Positions 36,664 through 46,726 of a stretch of DNA of 64,000 nucleotides are shown here, in pieces. The stretch comes from Candidatus Omnitrophota bacterium (GTDB lineage Bacteria > Omnitrophota > Omnitrophia > Omnitrophales > Aquincolibacteriaceae). Positions within the stretch are counted from its first letter, which is position 1. Each line of letters opens with the position of its first letter. The notes under the pieces are model-generated. The model ran no database searches, was not told where the DNA came from, and worked only from the letters and a program-made list of their open reading frames with translations. A program made the position numbers and the translations under genes. Location: contig CAIOAT010000016.1 of NCBI GenBank assembly GCA_903856085.1, positions 8,581-72,580 on the forward strand. Direction: 5' to 3'.

Positions 36664-37884
36664 TTACCCCTTCATTTCCAAAGCCTTATACTTATGCCAA
36701 ATAGCTTTTTCTTTGCGCTCGGAAAGAACGGTTTTCTCAAAACCCAAGTCAGGAAACCATTCCTTGCCGAAAGCTGAATAATACTCAAAGAGCCTCTGCT
36801 TCACCCACTCATCACTTCGATGTGTTATTCCCAGCTTAACTTCCAGATCACGATATAAAAAATAAGCTGCGAGCATATTGGCGTATTCATTCCAATGGCC
36901 TTCATGTTGGAATCTCAAACGGGACGGGGGAAAAAGGTGGGAACCGCTAAAGAGTTTGTAAAGATTAAGAGAGTCGATCCCCTCAGGGATTAAAGACTCG
37001 TCCTTCCCTTCGGTATGAAAAGGAAGAAGAACAACAGAAAATCGAGCGTTCTGAGCAGCCGCCCGCTTCGACCATGCCTGAAGTATCGTTTGATAGACTT
37101 TGATGGTCTGATCAACTTCAGGGGAAGGTTTTCCTGATAAATGATCGTTTTGAAAACGCTTGACCGCTGACGAATGGCGCTCTTTGTGAAAATGTTTTTT
37201 GGGCTGCAGATTAAGCCAAGAAACGAATTTTGTTTTGGCGTCTAAAAATAAGTAGGTTATGTAAAACCTAGAAACGACTCTGTTCCAAAAGGAAGAACCT
37301 TTCTTTTTTCGGGGAAAAATTAAGTGTCCCTCTCTATCCACGGAAATCAGCTTGTTTTCATAAATATTCATAAGATCATTGTCGCAATAAACATAAAACA
37401 CAAACTGCAGACCCCTGGCCACGGGCCGCTCAAGAAAGGACAAATAGGCATCATCCGTTCCATAACCATTCATCCCAAAATTAATTACTTCAAACTTGTC
37501 TTTGTTACTGTTAAGCAAATAATCGAGAACATTCACAAAGCCGTATTCGATGCTCAAGCCCGTATTTTCCACGAAAGAATCCCCGAAGAAACCGATGCGG
37601 AGCCGGCGAGCACTGGACGCCCGATCAACATCCCAACTCTGTCGCAAACCGAGATTATTATAAACCGCTAAATGCTGCTTCCCTGTATCCGGATGCTTTC
37701 GAAGAGAGCGGGTATTGGGAACCCGCTTAAGAAAATCCTCACGCGTTAATCTAGACTCAGCAGCTTCCTGGTATTTTGGAAGAAAGATTCTAAGACCTAT
37801 CTCTGCGATCATCAGCGAAATGAATACCGCGCCCAATACCAAAAGACCCTTTTGGATAAATTCTTTTGTATTTTGTTTCAGCAT
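36664..37884 (-). CDS. SGNH/GDSL-family hydrolase or acyltransferase with N-terminal membrane anchor
   Basis: N-terminal TM helix LLVLGAVFISLMIAEIGL, GDS block IGFFGDSFVENTG and a late block HEGHWNEYANML. It is adjacent to an MBOAT remnant, an AlgI/AlgJ-like pairing. Confidence 0.6.
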   Translation of the reverse strand: MLKQNTKEFIQKGLLVLGAVFISLMIAEIGLRIFLPKYQEAAESRLTREDFLKRVPNTRSLRKHPDTGKQHLAVYNNLGLRQSWDVDRASSARRLRIGFFGDSFVENTGLSIEYGFVNVLDYLLNSNKDKFEVINFGMNGYGTDDAYLSFLERPVARGLQFVFYVYCDNDLMNIYENKLISVDREGHLIFPRKKKGSSFWNRVVSRFYITYLFLDAKTKFVSWLNLQPKKHFHKERHSSAVKRFQNDHLSGKPSPEVDQTIKVYQTILQAWSKRAAAQNARFSVVLLPFHTEGKDESLIPEGIDSLNLYKLFSGSHLFPPSRLRFQHEGHWNEYANMLAAYFLYRDLEVKLGITHRSDEWVKQRLFEYYSAFGKEWFPDLGFEKTVLSERKEKAIWHKYKALEMKG

Positions 37885-37992
37885 GATTTCAACACATCCT
37901 TAGGCGCTTGGAAAATCCTAGGTTCGCTAGAACAAACGAAAGAAAATGGACGCGATAACAACAACGGTCGGCCCCGACAACGGAAAGTGACA

Positions 37993-38630
37993 TTATTTAA
38001 TCAGCCCCGCATCATAAATCGCTTCTGCCAAAAGCGCTGAATGGATTTCCCTTCCCCGCCTATTGTTGTGCATCTTATCACTGTAGAGCAACCCGTCATT
38101 TAATTCTTCAAACTGATTCATGTCCAGAACCCTCACCCCTTTCAGCCGAACATAGTTTGTAAATTCATTATAGGTAGGCATTCCTTTTCAGGCTCGATTT
38201 CGCCCCGATAGACATCCACCACACAACTTATCGCTTGAAAGGTATGAAAAGACATCCCGATAGGAAGAATAATGGATAGATGAAGGCTGTCGACACTGAC
38301 ATGCAACGGGCTGAGAAGCGCGTTTAAGCTGCCTAGGAAAAAACCAAAGTATTTGAAAAATCCAAGAATAACCAAGTTGACGCTTATGCTTAGAATAAGA
38401 AGTGCTTTTCTATATTTTGGATCCTTCGACCGAGTGATGGCCTTGGCCGAGAAAAAATCTATAGAGGTCGAAGAAAGGATGAGAAAAAGAAATCTCCAAT
38501 TCCAGCTACCATAAAAAAACAGGCTAGCCACCAGAAGGATGCGATTCTGTGTGTTTTTTGGAGAAATCCAATAGAGGGATGTTACGACGAACAAAAAAGC
38601 GATGTATTGCCAAGAGTTAAAAAGGATCAT
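37993..38630 (-). pseudogene. Deletion remnant: MBOAT (AlgI/DltB-like) N-terminal 150 aa joined out of frame to the C-terminal ~60 aa of an SGNH-type protein
   Basis: ORF 38142-38630 has the MBOAT start (MILFNSWQYIAFLFVV...FYGSWNWRF...VVDVYRGEIEPEK) but stops at 162 aa, against about 470 expected. Overlapping ORF 37993-38181 carries a DxxH-type SGNH end (YSDKMHNNRRGREIHSALLAEAI). Confidence 0.55.
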
Positions 38631-38640
38631 TTTTTGGATT

Positions 38641-41580
38641 TTATCTTACGCAAATGGATCGAAAAAGTTCCTTATATTTACCCCCGATAGCACTGATACC
38701 ATACTCGCCAAGGATTTTATCGCGATCGCAAAGACCGACCTGCTGGCGCACCTTGACATCTCTGAGCGCGAGGAGGGCCTCGACCCATTCATCAACGGTC
38801 CTGGCCAAATAGGCATTCCTCCGGTGATCGATCAGTTTTTCATACGAAGGGATAGGAGAACATACCATCGGAATCCCAAGCGACTTGAACAGGGTGAACC
38901 GATTGGTCGATTTCCCGAGATGCTGTGAAGAGTCCATATTAAACGGAACGACCGCTATATCGCTGGCAAGAATTTCTTTCCACACAGCCTTCAGGTCCCA
39001 TTTGACGGCCTTATCGTTTTTTGTGATCGCGGTCAGACGATAATTTTTCAACGCGGGAGTCCGCAGGGCTTTCTCAACAAGCGTAAGGTTCGTTAAACTA
39101 TCGGGGTTCCCAACACAAATAATGCGAATATCCGTCTTTTCGACGTTCACGTCATAATGCTTACACAGACTGGGAGGTGTTTCGATGGCATCATCAATCA
39201 CGCTAACACGTAAAGGATCTATGCCGCAGATAATCAGCTCTTCCGCCAAACGTTCAGAAACGACCACCAGGTGATCATAGGTTTCCGACATCCTTAATTC
39301 ATCCTTACTCCTCGGGAGATCGGCCAATAACAAGACCGTCTTGATGCCCTTTGCCCTGCACTTTTTAGAAAGACTGGGAGCGCCCCCCCAATAGACTTTC
39401 TGAAAAATTAGAATATCCAACCCGGAATGAAGGATAATCCAACGGAAGAACCTTGAGAGCAACAACCGGGGGGAATAGACCAAAGGCTTATAAAGAATGA
39501 CCGAATGCCACCCTTCGCCTTTCAAATAGGAATGGATGTTGATGCCCTGAATGCGACTGCTGGCATTGTTCTCATCGCCAAAAAGTACCCACCCAACGGA
39601 CGGTCGTTTAGCGGAAAAAAATCGCTTTAAAAAAAAAGCTCCTAGATTCCCTATTTTAAAAGTTCCTGATGGAAATCGAAATTTCTTTTTGGCCTCTTTT
39701 TTCATCAGGGTATTTCCAAGGGTTTTGGAACGAAAATAAGAGGGGCGATTCACGTCCCGATGGTTAACCCACTTGAAGTAAGGGTTGATCCTATAGTTTC
39801 CGGGAATCACTGCACATTTCACACGGTTCCTATAAAGAACGGGGGTTAAACTGACCTGGTCCCGCCAGCTATTTTCTTGAAACTCTCGCCACCAATCCTC
39901 CATGGCCTTGATAACAACGCTTTCGTGATGCTTCCGCAAAAGAATAGCGCCGGCAAACAAACCATTTCCGGCAGGATACCGCTCCGCTTGATACTTTTCG
40001 ATCTGTTTCTGAATGATCGCGACATCATCGAGCTCACTTTGAATGCATTTATCCGCTTCTTGGTAAATGCAATTCCTTTCCGGATGCTGAAAGCAAGCCA
40101 TGTCATCATTCGCCAGGTTTTCAGTTAAAAACCTGGATATGCTTCCAATGGGATGATAGGTGGCATCTACCCAAATGCTTTGCTCGTGGTGCGGGAAGAG
40201 CTTATGCGGGTTCATTTTGTAATAACGGGAGGTCAGAATCGGATTATCGTCGATCAGGCCGACTTTTCTGATCTGCCACGCCGGAGAAAAAGGAATGTCC
40301 TTATTTGTAAAACACACATAATCCACATCCGCCTCAAGCGCCAGCGCGGAGGGAGCTTTGAGTGTATCGGTCCCCCCGAAGATTGCCGTATAAACCACGA
40401 TCTTCCTTTGCCGCTTCGAGTTTCTCTGCCACGCATACCACAAGGAGGCCAGGAGATCACTGAGAGGATTCAGGCTAGCCTTCCTCGGGAGACGGCGCCA
40501 TAAACGCCCCTCCTTCCATCCGCTATTCCTCCAGTGCCTTATTGCGGCCTTCTCATCCTTGACCCCTTTTTCCAAAAGATCCGGATACTTGGCGAGATAG
40601 TATTCCCAATCAAAATCAGCTGGCGTTTTCTGTATCACCCAGCCCACTTTGTAGCTCCGACATTCTTTTTTCCCATAAATGACCCAATGACGCTTGGCCG
40701 CCGCTTCGGTCACGATGCCGGCACGCGAAAGATCCGGATGCTTGGCAAGATAATATTTCCAATCAAAATCCAAAGGGACATCCGAAAAAGACACCTGCCC
40801 CACCGACCTGCTCGGCACATTCCTCCGACAGGACTTCACGGCATCCTTCACTCGTGGAACATACTTCAGCATTTCCGTATCTTCTACCGCATTCGAGGGA
40901 AGATTCCTCATGGACCAAACCTCTTTCAGTTTTTTCAACCGGATGTCCGCCATTTTCCCCATCGAATCGCCCCGGTCTACACGCCCCATAAAAGTTTGAT
41001 AAGAGCGGGCAAAATAATGATTCACATGAGCTTTTTCAGAACTCACCCACTGCGTCTCTCCGGAAACACGGAATTGATGAGGAGACGGGATATCGATAAC
41101 TTTGGCAGGCCTGACAATCGCCTTCGTTTGGTTGAACCATTTTTCCGTGACCGCATCGTGATCAGCTCGCCTCGTAAGCTTTTCTAATATGAACTCGGGA
41201 TCTTGGATATGCCCATTATTCCCAAAAACGCGCCAATTCAGCATAATTTGCGAGTACGGCTCATAGTTTTTCAAGAAAGCCTTAACATCGTCATGCTCTT
41301 TTAAAACGATAAATTCATCGCCATCCACGAAGGCCATCCATTCGCACTGTCTGAATTCCTGGCAAAGGTGACGATACGCCTTAATTTGCAACGGCTGTCC
41401 CTTGCTATCAGGCCAATTGATGACGGTCACGTAATCCAAATGGCCGAAGATCTTGCGCAAAGGTAAAGCCGGATCGTTGTCGCACAAAAAGAAATGATCG
41501 AACCCGATCATCCTGTGATAAGCCAACCACTCCCTGACAAAGCGATCCTCTTCCTTCAACATCGCCGCTAAAGCAATCAT
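38641..41580 (-). CDS. Multi-domain glycosyltransferase (GT92/GT2-like + two PDL-repeats + DUF616-like + C-terminal GT-B-like), 979 aa
   Basis: N-terminus: FVREWLAYHRMIGFDHFFLCDND...FVDGDEF. Middle: KIVVYTAIFGGTDTLK...CFTNKD...LTSRYYKMNPHKLFP...WVDA (DUF616-like). C-terminus: HLVVVSERLAEELIICGIDPLRVSVIDD. There is a 4-nt start/stop overlap with the sulfotransferase gene. Confidence 0.65.
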   Translation of the reverse strand: MIALAAMLKEEDRFVREWLAYHRMIGFDHFFLCDNDPALPLRKIFGHLDYVTVINWPDSKGQPLQIKAYRHLCQEFRQCEWMAFVDGDEFIVLKEHDDVKAFLKNYEPYSQIMLNWRVFGNNGHIQDPEFILEKLTRRADHDAVTEKWFNQTKAIVRPAKVIDIPSPHQFRVSGETQWVSSEKAHVNHYFARSYQTFMGRVDRGDSMGKMADIRLKKLKEVWSMRNLPSNAVEDTEMLKYVPRVKDAVKSCRRNVPSRSVGQVSFSDVPLDFDWKYYLAKHPDLSRAGIVTEAAAKRHWVIYGKKECRSYKVGWVIQKTPADFDWEYYLAKYPDLLEKGVKDEKAAIRHWRNSGWKEGRLWRRLPRKASLNPLSDLLASLWYAWQRNSKRQRKIVVYTAIFGGTDTLKAPSALALEADVDYVCFTNKDIPFSPAWQIRKVGLIDDNPILTSRYYKMNPHKLFPHHEQSIWVDATYHPIGSISRFLTENLANDDMACFQHPERNCIYQEADKCIQSELDDVAIIQKQIEKYQAERYPAGNGLFAGAILLRKHHESVVIKAMEDWWREFQENSWRDQVSLTPVLYRNRVKCAVIPGNYRINPYFKWVNHRDVNRPSYFRSKTLGNTLMKKEAKKKFRFPSGTFKIGNLGAFFLKRFFSAKRPSVGWVLFGDENNASSRIQGINIHSYLKGEGWHSVILYKPLVYSPRLLLSRFFRWIILHSGLDILIFQKVYWGGAPSLSKKCRAKGIKTVLLLADLPRSKDELRMSETYDHLVVVSERLAEELIICGIDPLRVSVIDDAIETPPSLCKHYDVNVEKTDIRIICVGNPDSLTNLTLVEKALRTPALKNYRLTAITKNDKAVKWDLKAVWKEILASDIAVVPFNMDSSQHLGKSTNRFTLFKSLGIPMVCSPIPSYEKLIDHRRNAYLARTVDEWVEALLALRDVKVRQQVGLCDRDKILGEYGISAIGGKYKELFRSICVR
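40498..40770 (-). repeat. Tandem ~40-aa protein repeat inside the glycosyltransferase
   Basis: DFDWKYYLAKHPDLSRAGIVTEAAAKRHWVIYGKKECRSY (aa 271-310) and DFDWEYYLAKYPDLLEKGVKDEKAAIRHWRNSGWKEGRLW (aa 322-361). Confidence 0.8.
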
Positions 41581-42218
41581 GAGCCATATTCCTTCGTGGT
41601 TTTCCGAAGGATCGTATCCGGTTTTATATATTTTGTATAAAGCGGTATGCCCGACTTTGGGAGTCCTAAAAAAGATAGAATGCGAACCTGGATATCCTGA
41701 TCCAGGATGGAGATGCTTCTCCCCGGATGCACAAAATCCTCATAATGCAACTCCAGATGAGGGACCCCTTTCAACACTTCTTTGTATTTCACCTGCTCTT
41801 GTTCGATAGAGCGCGCCAGATCCTCTAGGCCCGACAGATCGGGAATTCCTCCTTGAGGCAAAGTTTCGCCTTCATAATAATGAGCCCGATACTGTTTTCT
41901 AAGAACCTTTTTGTCCGCTTGTACCTGCAATCGACTTTGGGCAACGGCCTTCGGGTCTCTCAATAAATGGATGATCTTCTGTTGCAAGAGAGTCCCCCCC
42001 AAGCTTTCCATGGTAAGAACTTGGTTGTACATCAGTATCCCCATATTTAATTTTCCGGGGATGTTCTCCGTGATTGTTCCCGTTCTTTCATACCGGAGGA
42101 ACGCCTCTCCTCGGACATGGATCTGGGGGTGCTGCTCGAAAAAGGATGCCAACAAATGCGTCCCGCTTCTTTGCGTGCTAAAGATCAAAACCTGCGGAAT
42201 AATATCCTTCATTTCCAT
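41577..42218 (-). CDS. Sulfotransferase-family protein
   Basis: 213 aa. A PAPS-binding 5'-PSB-like loop (IFSTQRSGTHLLASFF) and a later block IHLLRDPKAVAQS. The stop overlaps the downstream GT start (ATGA). Confidence 0.65.
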   Translation of the reverse strand: MEMKDIIPQVLIFSTQRSGTHLLASFFEQHPQIHVRGEAFLRYERTGTITENIPGKLNMGILMYNQVLTMESLGGTLLQQKIIHLLRDPKAVAQSRLQVQADKKVLRKQYRAHYYEGETLPQGGIPDLSGLEDLARSIEQEQVKYKEVLKGVPHLELHYEDFVHPGRSISILDQDIQVRILSFLGLPKSGIPLYTKYIKPDTILRKTTKEYGS

Positions 42219-42317
42219 AACCCCTCACTCTCACTCCCTAAAAAACATTAACTCTCTTAGAACATTAAAAAATTTCCGCGATACGTTTTGAGATACGGGT
42301 TCTCTTAATATCCTTGC

Positions 42318-43067
42318 CTAGATTATGAACTGCTGCTCCGTATTTAAGAATGAATCGAAACAGCGCGGGATCGCCGAAGTAAATTTTACAAGCTCTTCCG
42401 TCCAAGGATGACGAAATTGTAATCGGGATGCATGCAAAAGAAGACGTTCGGCCTTCACGATGGGCCGCATCTCCTCCAGCCATCCCTCGTGGATGTAACG
42501 TTCGAAGATCCGCGGATCAATGTAGATCTTGTCGCCCACGATGGGATGTCCCAAAAAGGAGAGGTGTGCGCGAATCTGATGCGTGCGGCCTGTCCGCGGC
42601 ATCACCTTTAAAAGCGAATACTCTCCTGCGTTGCTTAAAACCTGATAATCCGTTTGGGCCTTCTCTCCGTGGGGATCTGATGTGCGGATATTGTGACCAC
42701 TTTGAATGTCGAGCCCAAGCGATTCCGAGATCGTCCCCTCTTGAGCCTTAGGCGCTCCAAAGACAATAGCGTGATATTCTTTCGTCACCTGTCTGTTTTC
42801 AAAAAGGATCCCGAGCTTCCCGGCCGCCAGGGCCGATTTCGCAACCAGCACGATCCCGCTTGTCTCCGAATCAAGCCGGTTCACGATCCGGAGTCCCTCG
42901 GAACCCGAACCTACGTCCCGGATCAAAAGACTCAGCAGGTTTTTTTCCTTGAAGCGCCCCACGGGATGGACCGGAAGCGGGGCCGGCTTATCCACCACGA
43001 GAAAAAACTCATCCTCGTAAAGGATCTTGTAGTCTGTCTCCACATAAAGATCTTCTTCGGCGCGCAT
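42318..43067 (-). CDS. RluA-family pseudouridine synthase
   Basis: Blocks VDKPAPLPVHP, the catalytic NRLDSETSGIVLVAK and GRTHQIRAHL. ATG 43067 is preferred over GTG 43082. Confidence 0.85.
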   Translation of the reverse strand: MRAEEDLYVETDYKILYEDEFFLVVDKPAPLPVHPVGRFKEKNLLSLLIRDVGSGSEGLRIVNRLDSETSGIVLVAKSALAAGKLGILFENRQVTKEYHAIVFGAPKAQEGTISESLGLDIQSGHNIRTSDPHGEKAQTDYQVLSNAGEYSLLKVMPRTGRTHQIRAHLSFLGHPIVGDKIYIDPRIFERYIHEGWLEEMRPIVKAERLLLHASRLQFRHPWTEELVKFTSAIPRCFDSFLNTEQQFII

Positions 43068-43138
43068 GGAACAACCTTCCACTTTTTATAAAAAAAGTTT
43101 GCTTGATTGCCGCCCACTGGCTTTTTGCAGGATTCTCA

Positions 43139-45829
43139 TTATTTCAATAACTGTCGCAGGACGTAGTGCAGGATACCGCTATGGCGGTAGTATTCGATTT
43201 CGACGGGAGTGTCAATGCGGCAAACCGCTTCAAAGACCTTGGTTTTCCCCGCGCCCAAGGCCTTGACTGTGAGGATCTTGCCAGGCTTCAACCCCTTGGC
43301 GACCCCTTCGATCGCGTAGACCTCTTCACCGGTCAGTTTGAACGAAGCGGCGTTCTGACCTTGGAAGAATTGCAGCGGCAAAATACCCATCCCGATCAAA
43401 TTGCTGCGATGGATCCTTTCATAGCTTTCCGCGATCACGGCACGGACCCCTAGAAGCGCGGGACCTTTGGCTGCCCAGTCGCGCGAAGACCCGGAACCGT
43501 ATTCTTTCCCAGCAAGGATCACAAGCGGCCGGTTCTCTTCGCCATACTTCATAGCGGCGTCAAAGATCGGCATCGCCACGCTCTTTCCCTTTTCTGAAAA
43601 ATACTTCGTCATCCCACCTTCCACGCCCGGAACCAGCAAGTTTTTCAGGCGAATGTTCGCGAACGTGCCGCGCATCATCACTTCGTGATTACCGCGCCGC
43701 GCTCCGTAAGAATTAAAATCCTTGGGTTCGATCCCCTGTTCAATCAGATATTTCCCGGCAGGACTCGCCGGCGCGATGGAGCCCGCAGGAGAAATATGGT
43801 CGGTCGTGATCGAATCCCCGAGCACGGCCAACACGCGGGCGTTCTTGATATCCTTAAGGTCGGAGGGGAAAGCCGGCATTCTCTTGAAATAGGGCGGAGA
43901 TTTTACATAAAGAGACTTTTTATCCCAAACGAAGGTGTCGCCCCCTGGAGCGTTCAACGCGCGCCATGACTCGTTCCCCTCAAAAACATTTTTATAGCGA
44001 TTTCTGAACATCGACGGGTCCACACTCTTCAAAGCTTCCCGGATCTCCGCGGAGCTTGGCCAGATATCCCGCAGATAAACGGGTTTACCGTTTTTTCCGA
44101 GTCCAAGAGGATCCTTTTCAAGGTCGATCATGACGGTTCCCGCGATCGCGTAGGCAACGACCAGCGGCGGAGACGCGAGATAATTCGCGCGAACCTGCGA
44201 ATGTACCCGCCCTTCGAAATTCCGGTTCCCGGAAAGAACAGACGCCACGACCAGGTCTTTTTCCTTGATCGCTTTGGACACGGGTTCCGGCAATGGCCCC
44301 GAGTTCCCAATACATGTCATGCATCCATACCCCACAAGATTGAATTTCAACACTTCAAGGCAGGACAGAAGTCCGCTTGCCGCAAGATAATCCGTCACGA
44401 CCTGAGAGCCGGGCGCAAGACTCGTTTTTACCCAGGGCTTCACGGTCAGACCTTTTTGAAGCGCTTTTTTTGCGAGGATCCCGGCCGCCAGCATCACGGA
44501 AGGGCTGGAGGTGTTAGTGCAACTTGTGATAGACGCGATCACGACTGCCCCTTGCTGTAAGTCGCATTTTTCGCCCGCGATCTCGATTACGGCTTTTTTC
44601 GCAAGATCGGCCTTGTTTTTCACCGTCTCCGCGAGGGCCTTCTTGAAGGAAAGCTTTACTTCCTTGAGCGCGACTCGGTCTTGAGGCCGCTTCGGGCCGG
44701 CAAGGCTCGGAACTACGCTGGCAAGATCGAGCTCCAGAGTTTCGGAATAAACGATTTTTTCCTCCCCGCCTTCGCGGAAAAGGCCCTGCTCTTTCAGATA
44801 AGTTTCTGCGAGCTTGATCTGCTCCTCACTCCTTCCGGTCAGCCTGAGAAAATATAGCGTTTCCTGGTCGACCGGGAAAAATCCGGCCGTAGCGCCGTAC
44901 TCGGGAGCCATATTCGCGACCACCGCTCGGTCCGCGAGCGATAATTCGCTGACACCGTGTCCAAAAAATTCCACGAATTTTCCGACCACACCCTTTTTAC
45001 GAAGCATTTGTGTTGCAGTCAGCACCAAGTCTGTGGCCGTCACACCTTCGGATAATTTTCCGGAGAACTTAAAACCCACCACCTCAGGGATCAACATGGA
45101 GATCGGCTGACCAAGCATCGCGGCCTCCGCCTCAATCCCTCCAACCCCCCAGCCCAGCACCCCGAGACCGTTGATCATGGTGGTGTGTGAGTCCGTTCCG
45201 ACCAGCGTATCCGGATAAAGGAAGGTCTTCCCACCTTCTTTTCTGCTGAAGATCACGGGGGAAAGGTATTCAAGGTTCACTTGGTGGATGATCCCCGTAG
45301 CGGGAGGGACGACGCGGAAATTATGGAAAGCCTGCTGGCCCCATTTGAGGAATTGATAGCGTTCCTGATTGCGCTCGAATTCTTTCGCGATATTTTTCGC
45401 GAAGGCCTCGGAGGTCCCCGAAAAATCCGTTTGCACCGAGTGGTCGATGACGAGATCCACGGGCTGAAGCGGATTGATCTTCTTGGGATCGCCGCCCATC
45501 TTGACCATGGCTTCACGCATGGCCGCAAGATCCACAACCGCCGGAACGCCTGTAAAATCTTGCAACAAAACACGCGCCGGCGTGAAAGCGATCTCGTGCT
45601 CGCCTTTCCGCGTCGGGTCCCAGGTCGCAAGCCTCTCGATGTCTTTCCGCGTGACGTTCTTGCCGTCTTCATTGCGAAGCAGGTTCTCAAGAAGCACCCG
45701 TATGGAATAGGGAAGCTTCAGGACCTTGGCAATGCCGCATTCCTGAAGCGCGCGCAGCCGGTAGATCGTGTAGTCCTTGCCCGCAATCTTGAGCGTGACC
45801 TTACTTCCAAAGCTGTTCAAAAGACTCAT
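43139..45829 (-). CDS. acnA: Aconitate hydratase A
   Basis: 896 aa with blocks typical of AcnA/IRP-type aconitases: [65 protein letters not shown] and [16 protein letters not shown]. Confidence 0.95.
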   Translation of the reverse strand: MSLLNSFGSKVTLKIAGKDYTIYRLRALQECGIAKVLKLPYSIRVLLENLLRNEDGKNVTRKDIERLATWDPTRKGEHEIAFTPARVLLQDFTGVPAVVDLAAMREAMVKMGGDPKKINPLQPVDLVIDHSVQTDFSGTSEAFAKNIAKEFERNQERYQFLKWGQQAFHNFRVVPPATGIIHQVNLEYLSPVIFSRKEGGKTFLYPDTLVGTDSHTTMINGLGVLGWGVGGIEAEAAMLGQPISMLIPEVVGFKFSGKLSEGVTATDLVLTATQMLRKKGVVGKFVEFFGHGVSELSLADRAVVANMAPEYGATAGFFPVDQETLYFLRLTGRSEEQIKLAETYLKEQGLFREGGEEKIVYSETLELDLASVVPSLAGPKRPQDRVALKEVKLSFKKALAETVKNKADLAKKAVIEIAGEKCDLQQGAVVIASITSCTNTSSPSVMLAAGILAKKALQKGLTVKPWVKTSLAPGSQVVTDYLAASGLLSCLEVLKFNLVGYGCMTCIGNSGPLPEPVSKAIKEKDLVVASVLSGNRNFEGRVHSQVRANYLASPPLVVAYAIAGTVMIDLEKDPLGLGKNGKPVYLRDIWPSSAEIREALKSVDPSMFRNRYKNVFEGNESWRALNAPGGDTFVWDKKSLYVKSPPYFKRMPAFPSDLKDIKNARVLAVLGDSITTDHISPAGSIAPASPAGKYLIEQGIEPKDFNSYGARRGNHEVMMRGTFANIRLKNLLVPGVEGGMTKYFSEKGKSVAMPIFDAAMKYGEENRPLVILAGKEYGSGSSRDWAAKGPALLGVRAVIAESYERIHRSNLIGMGILPLQFFQGQNAASFKLTGEEVYAIEGVAKGLKPGKILTVKALGAGKTKVFEAVCRIDTPVEIEYYRHSGILHYVLRQLLK

Positions 45830-46236
45830 CAGCGAATCCCTTTTTCATTCAGAAACGCGCTATATTCCTTGTCGACAGTTAAGATGTGATGACTGAGCCA
45901 GCTCATCAAGAAATGCACTATATCGATAGAAAGCGTTGTCTTGTCTTTTTCAAGATCTCGTTGAAAAATCGCGACCTTGGACCTGAAGACTTCGTGTTCT
46001 TTTTTGTGCTGTTCGTAGCCGGGGAAATAATACTCACTCAGAAGCAGTTCTTCCGCGTCAAAGTGCCCCGTGGCATAGCGAGCAAGCTCCCACACATCCA
46101 CACCGAGGGCCTCTCGATCGTCTTTTTTTCCCATTCTGTCAAAAATATTCCCAAAAATCTCGAAAAGCCTTTTATGCTGTTCGTCGATCATCTTGATATT
46201 CACGCTGTATTTTTCTTCCCAGATGATATGCGGCAC
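45829..46236 (-). CDS. Hemerythrin-like (bacteriohemerythrin) protein 1
   Basis: From GTG 46236, with a G-rich SD 5 nt upstream, the protein reads [28 protein letters not shown]...HFDAEELLL...HKKEHEVF...[13 protein letters not shown]. The stop overlaps the acnA ATG (TGATG). The track start at 46326 would overlap paralog 2. Confidence 0.8.
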   Translation of the reverse strand: MPHIIWEEKYSVNIKMIDEQHKRLFEIFGNIFDRMGKKDDREALGVDVWELARYATGHFDAEELLLSEYYFPGYEQHKKEHEVFRSKVAIFQRDLEKDKTTLSIDIVHFLMSWLSHHILTVDKEYSAFLNEKGIR

Positions 46237-46253
46237 GACACCCCCCCGTCTTA

Positions 46254-46661
46254 TTAGAAAACCCCGCGTGCGTTCAGGAAAGGGGCGTATTTTTTGTCCG
46301 CTTTCATCACATGCTCTGCGATCCAATGTGTCATGAACTGGACGACGTCACCGGTAAGCGTCTCCCTGCCTTCCTGAAAATTCTTCTGAAACCCCAGGAT
46401 CTTGTTACGAAAGACCTCGTGCTCCTTATGATGTTCTCCGAACTCTGGATAGTGATGCTTGATCATCAGCTGCTCTTCGGCATCGAAGTGATAGCCTGCA
46501 TACGCGACTAATTCCCGCAAGATCTCGGAAAGCGCGCTTTGCGGACGCCCCGCTTCGATGGCTTCAAAGAGCATGTCGAGCATAGCCGTGAACTTTTGAT
46601 GTTGCTGGTCAATCTCAGCAATATGAACGCTGTAGGTCTCGTCCCAAATAATGTCTAACAC
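46254..46661 (-). CDS. Hemerythrin-like (bacteriohemerythrin) protein 2
   Basis: GTG start with SD GGAGG 5 nt upstream. The sequence is MLDIIWDETYSVHIAEIDQQHQKF...HFDAEEQLM...HHKEHEVF...WIAEHVMKADKKY, a tandem paralog of 45829-46236. Confidence 0.85.
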   Translation of the reverse strand: MLDIIWDETYSVHIAEIDQQHQKFTAMLDMLFEAIEAGRPQSALSEILRELVAYAGYHFDAEEQLMIKHHYPEFGEHHKEHEVFRNKILGFQKNFQEGRETLTGDVVQFMTHWIAEHVMKADKKYAPFLNARGVF

Positions 46662-46726
46662 AAAACCTCCGCGGAAAACGTTTCTCGGGGAACGAAAAAC
46701 AGAAAAGGTTTTTCGCTCATTTACCG

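Noticed and set aside
36261-36781. Plus-strand ORFs of 101 and 154 aa and an 86-aa minus-strand ORF in the 36.28-36.66 kb gap
   Set aside because: They have no SD sequences and low-complexity translations. They mutually overlap and overlap the start of the GT-C-like gene or the end of the SGNH gene. Only the 60-aa Cys-rich ORF with AAGGAG was retained.
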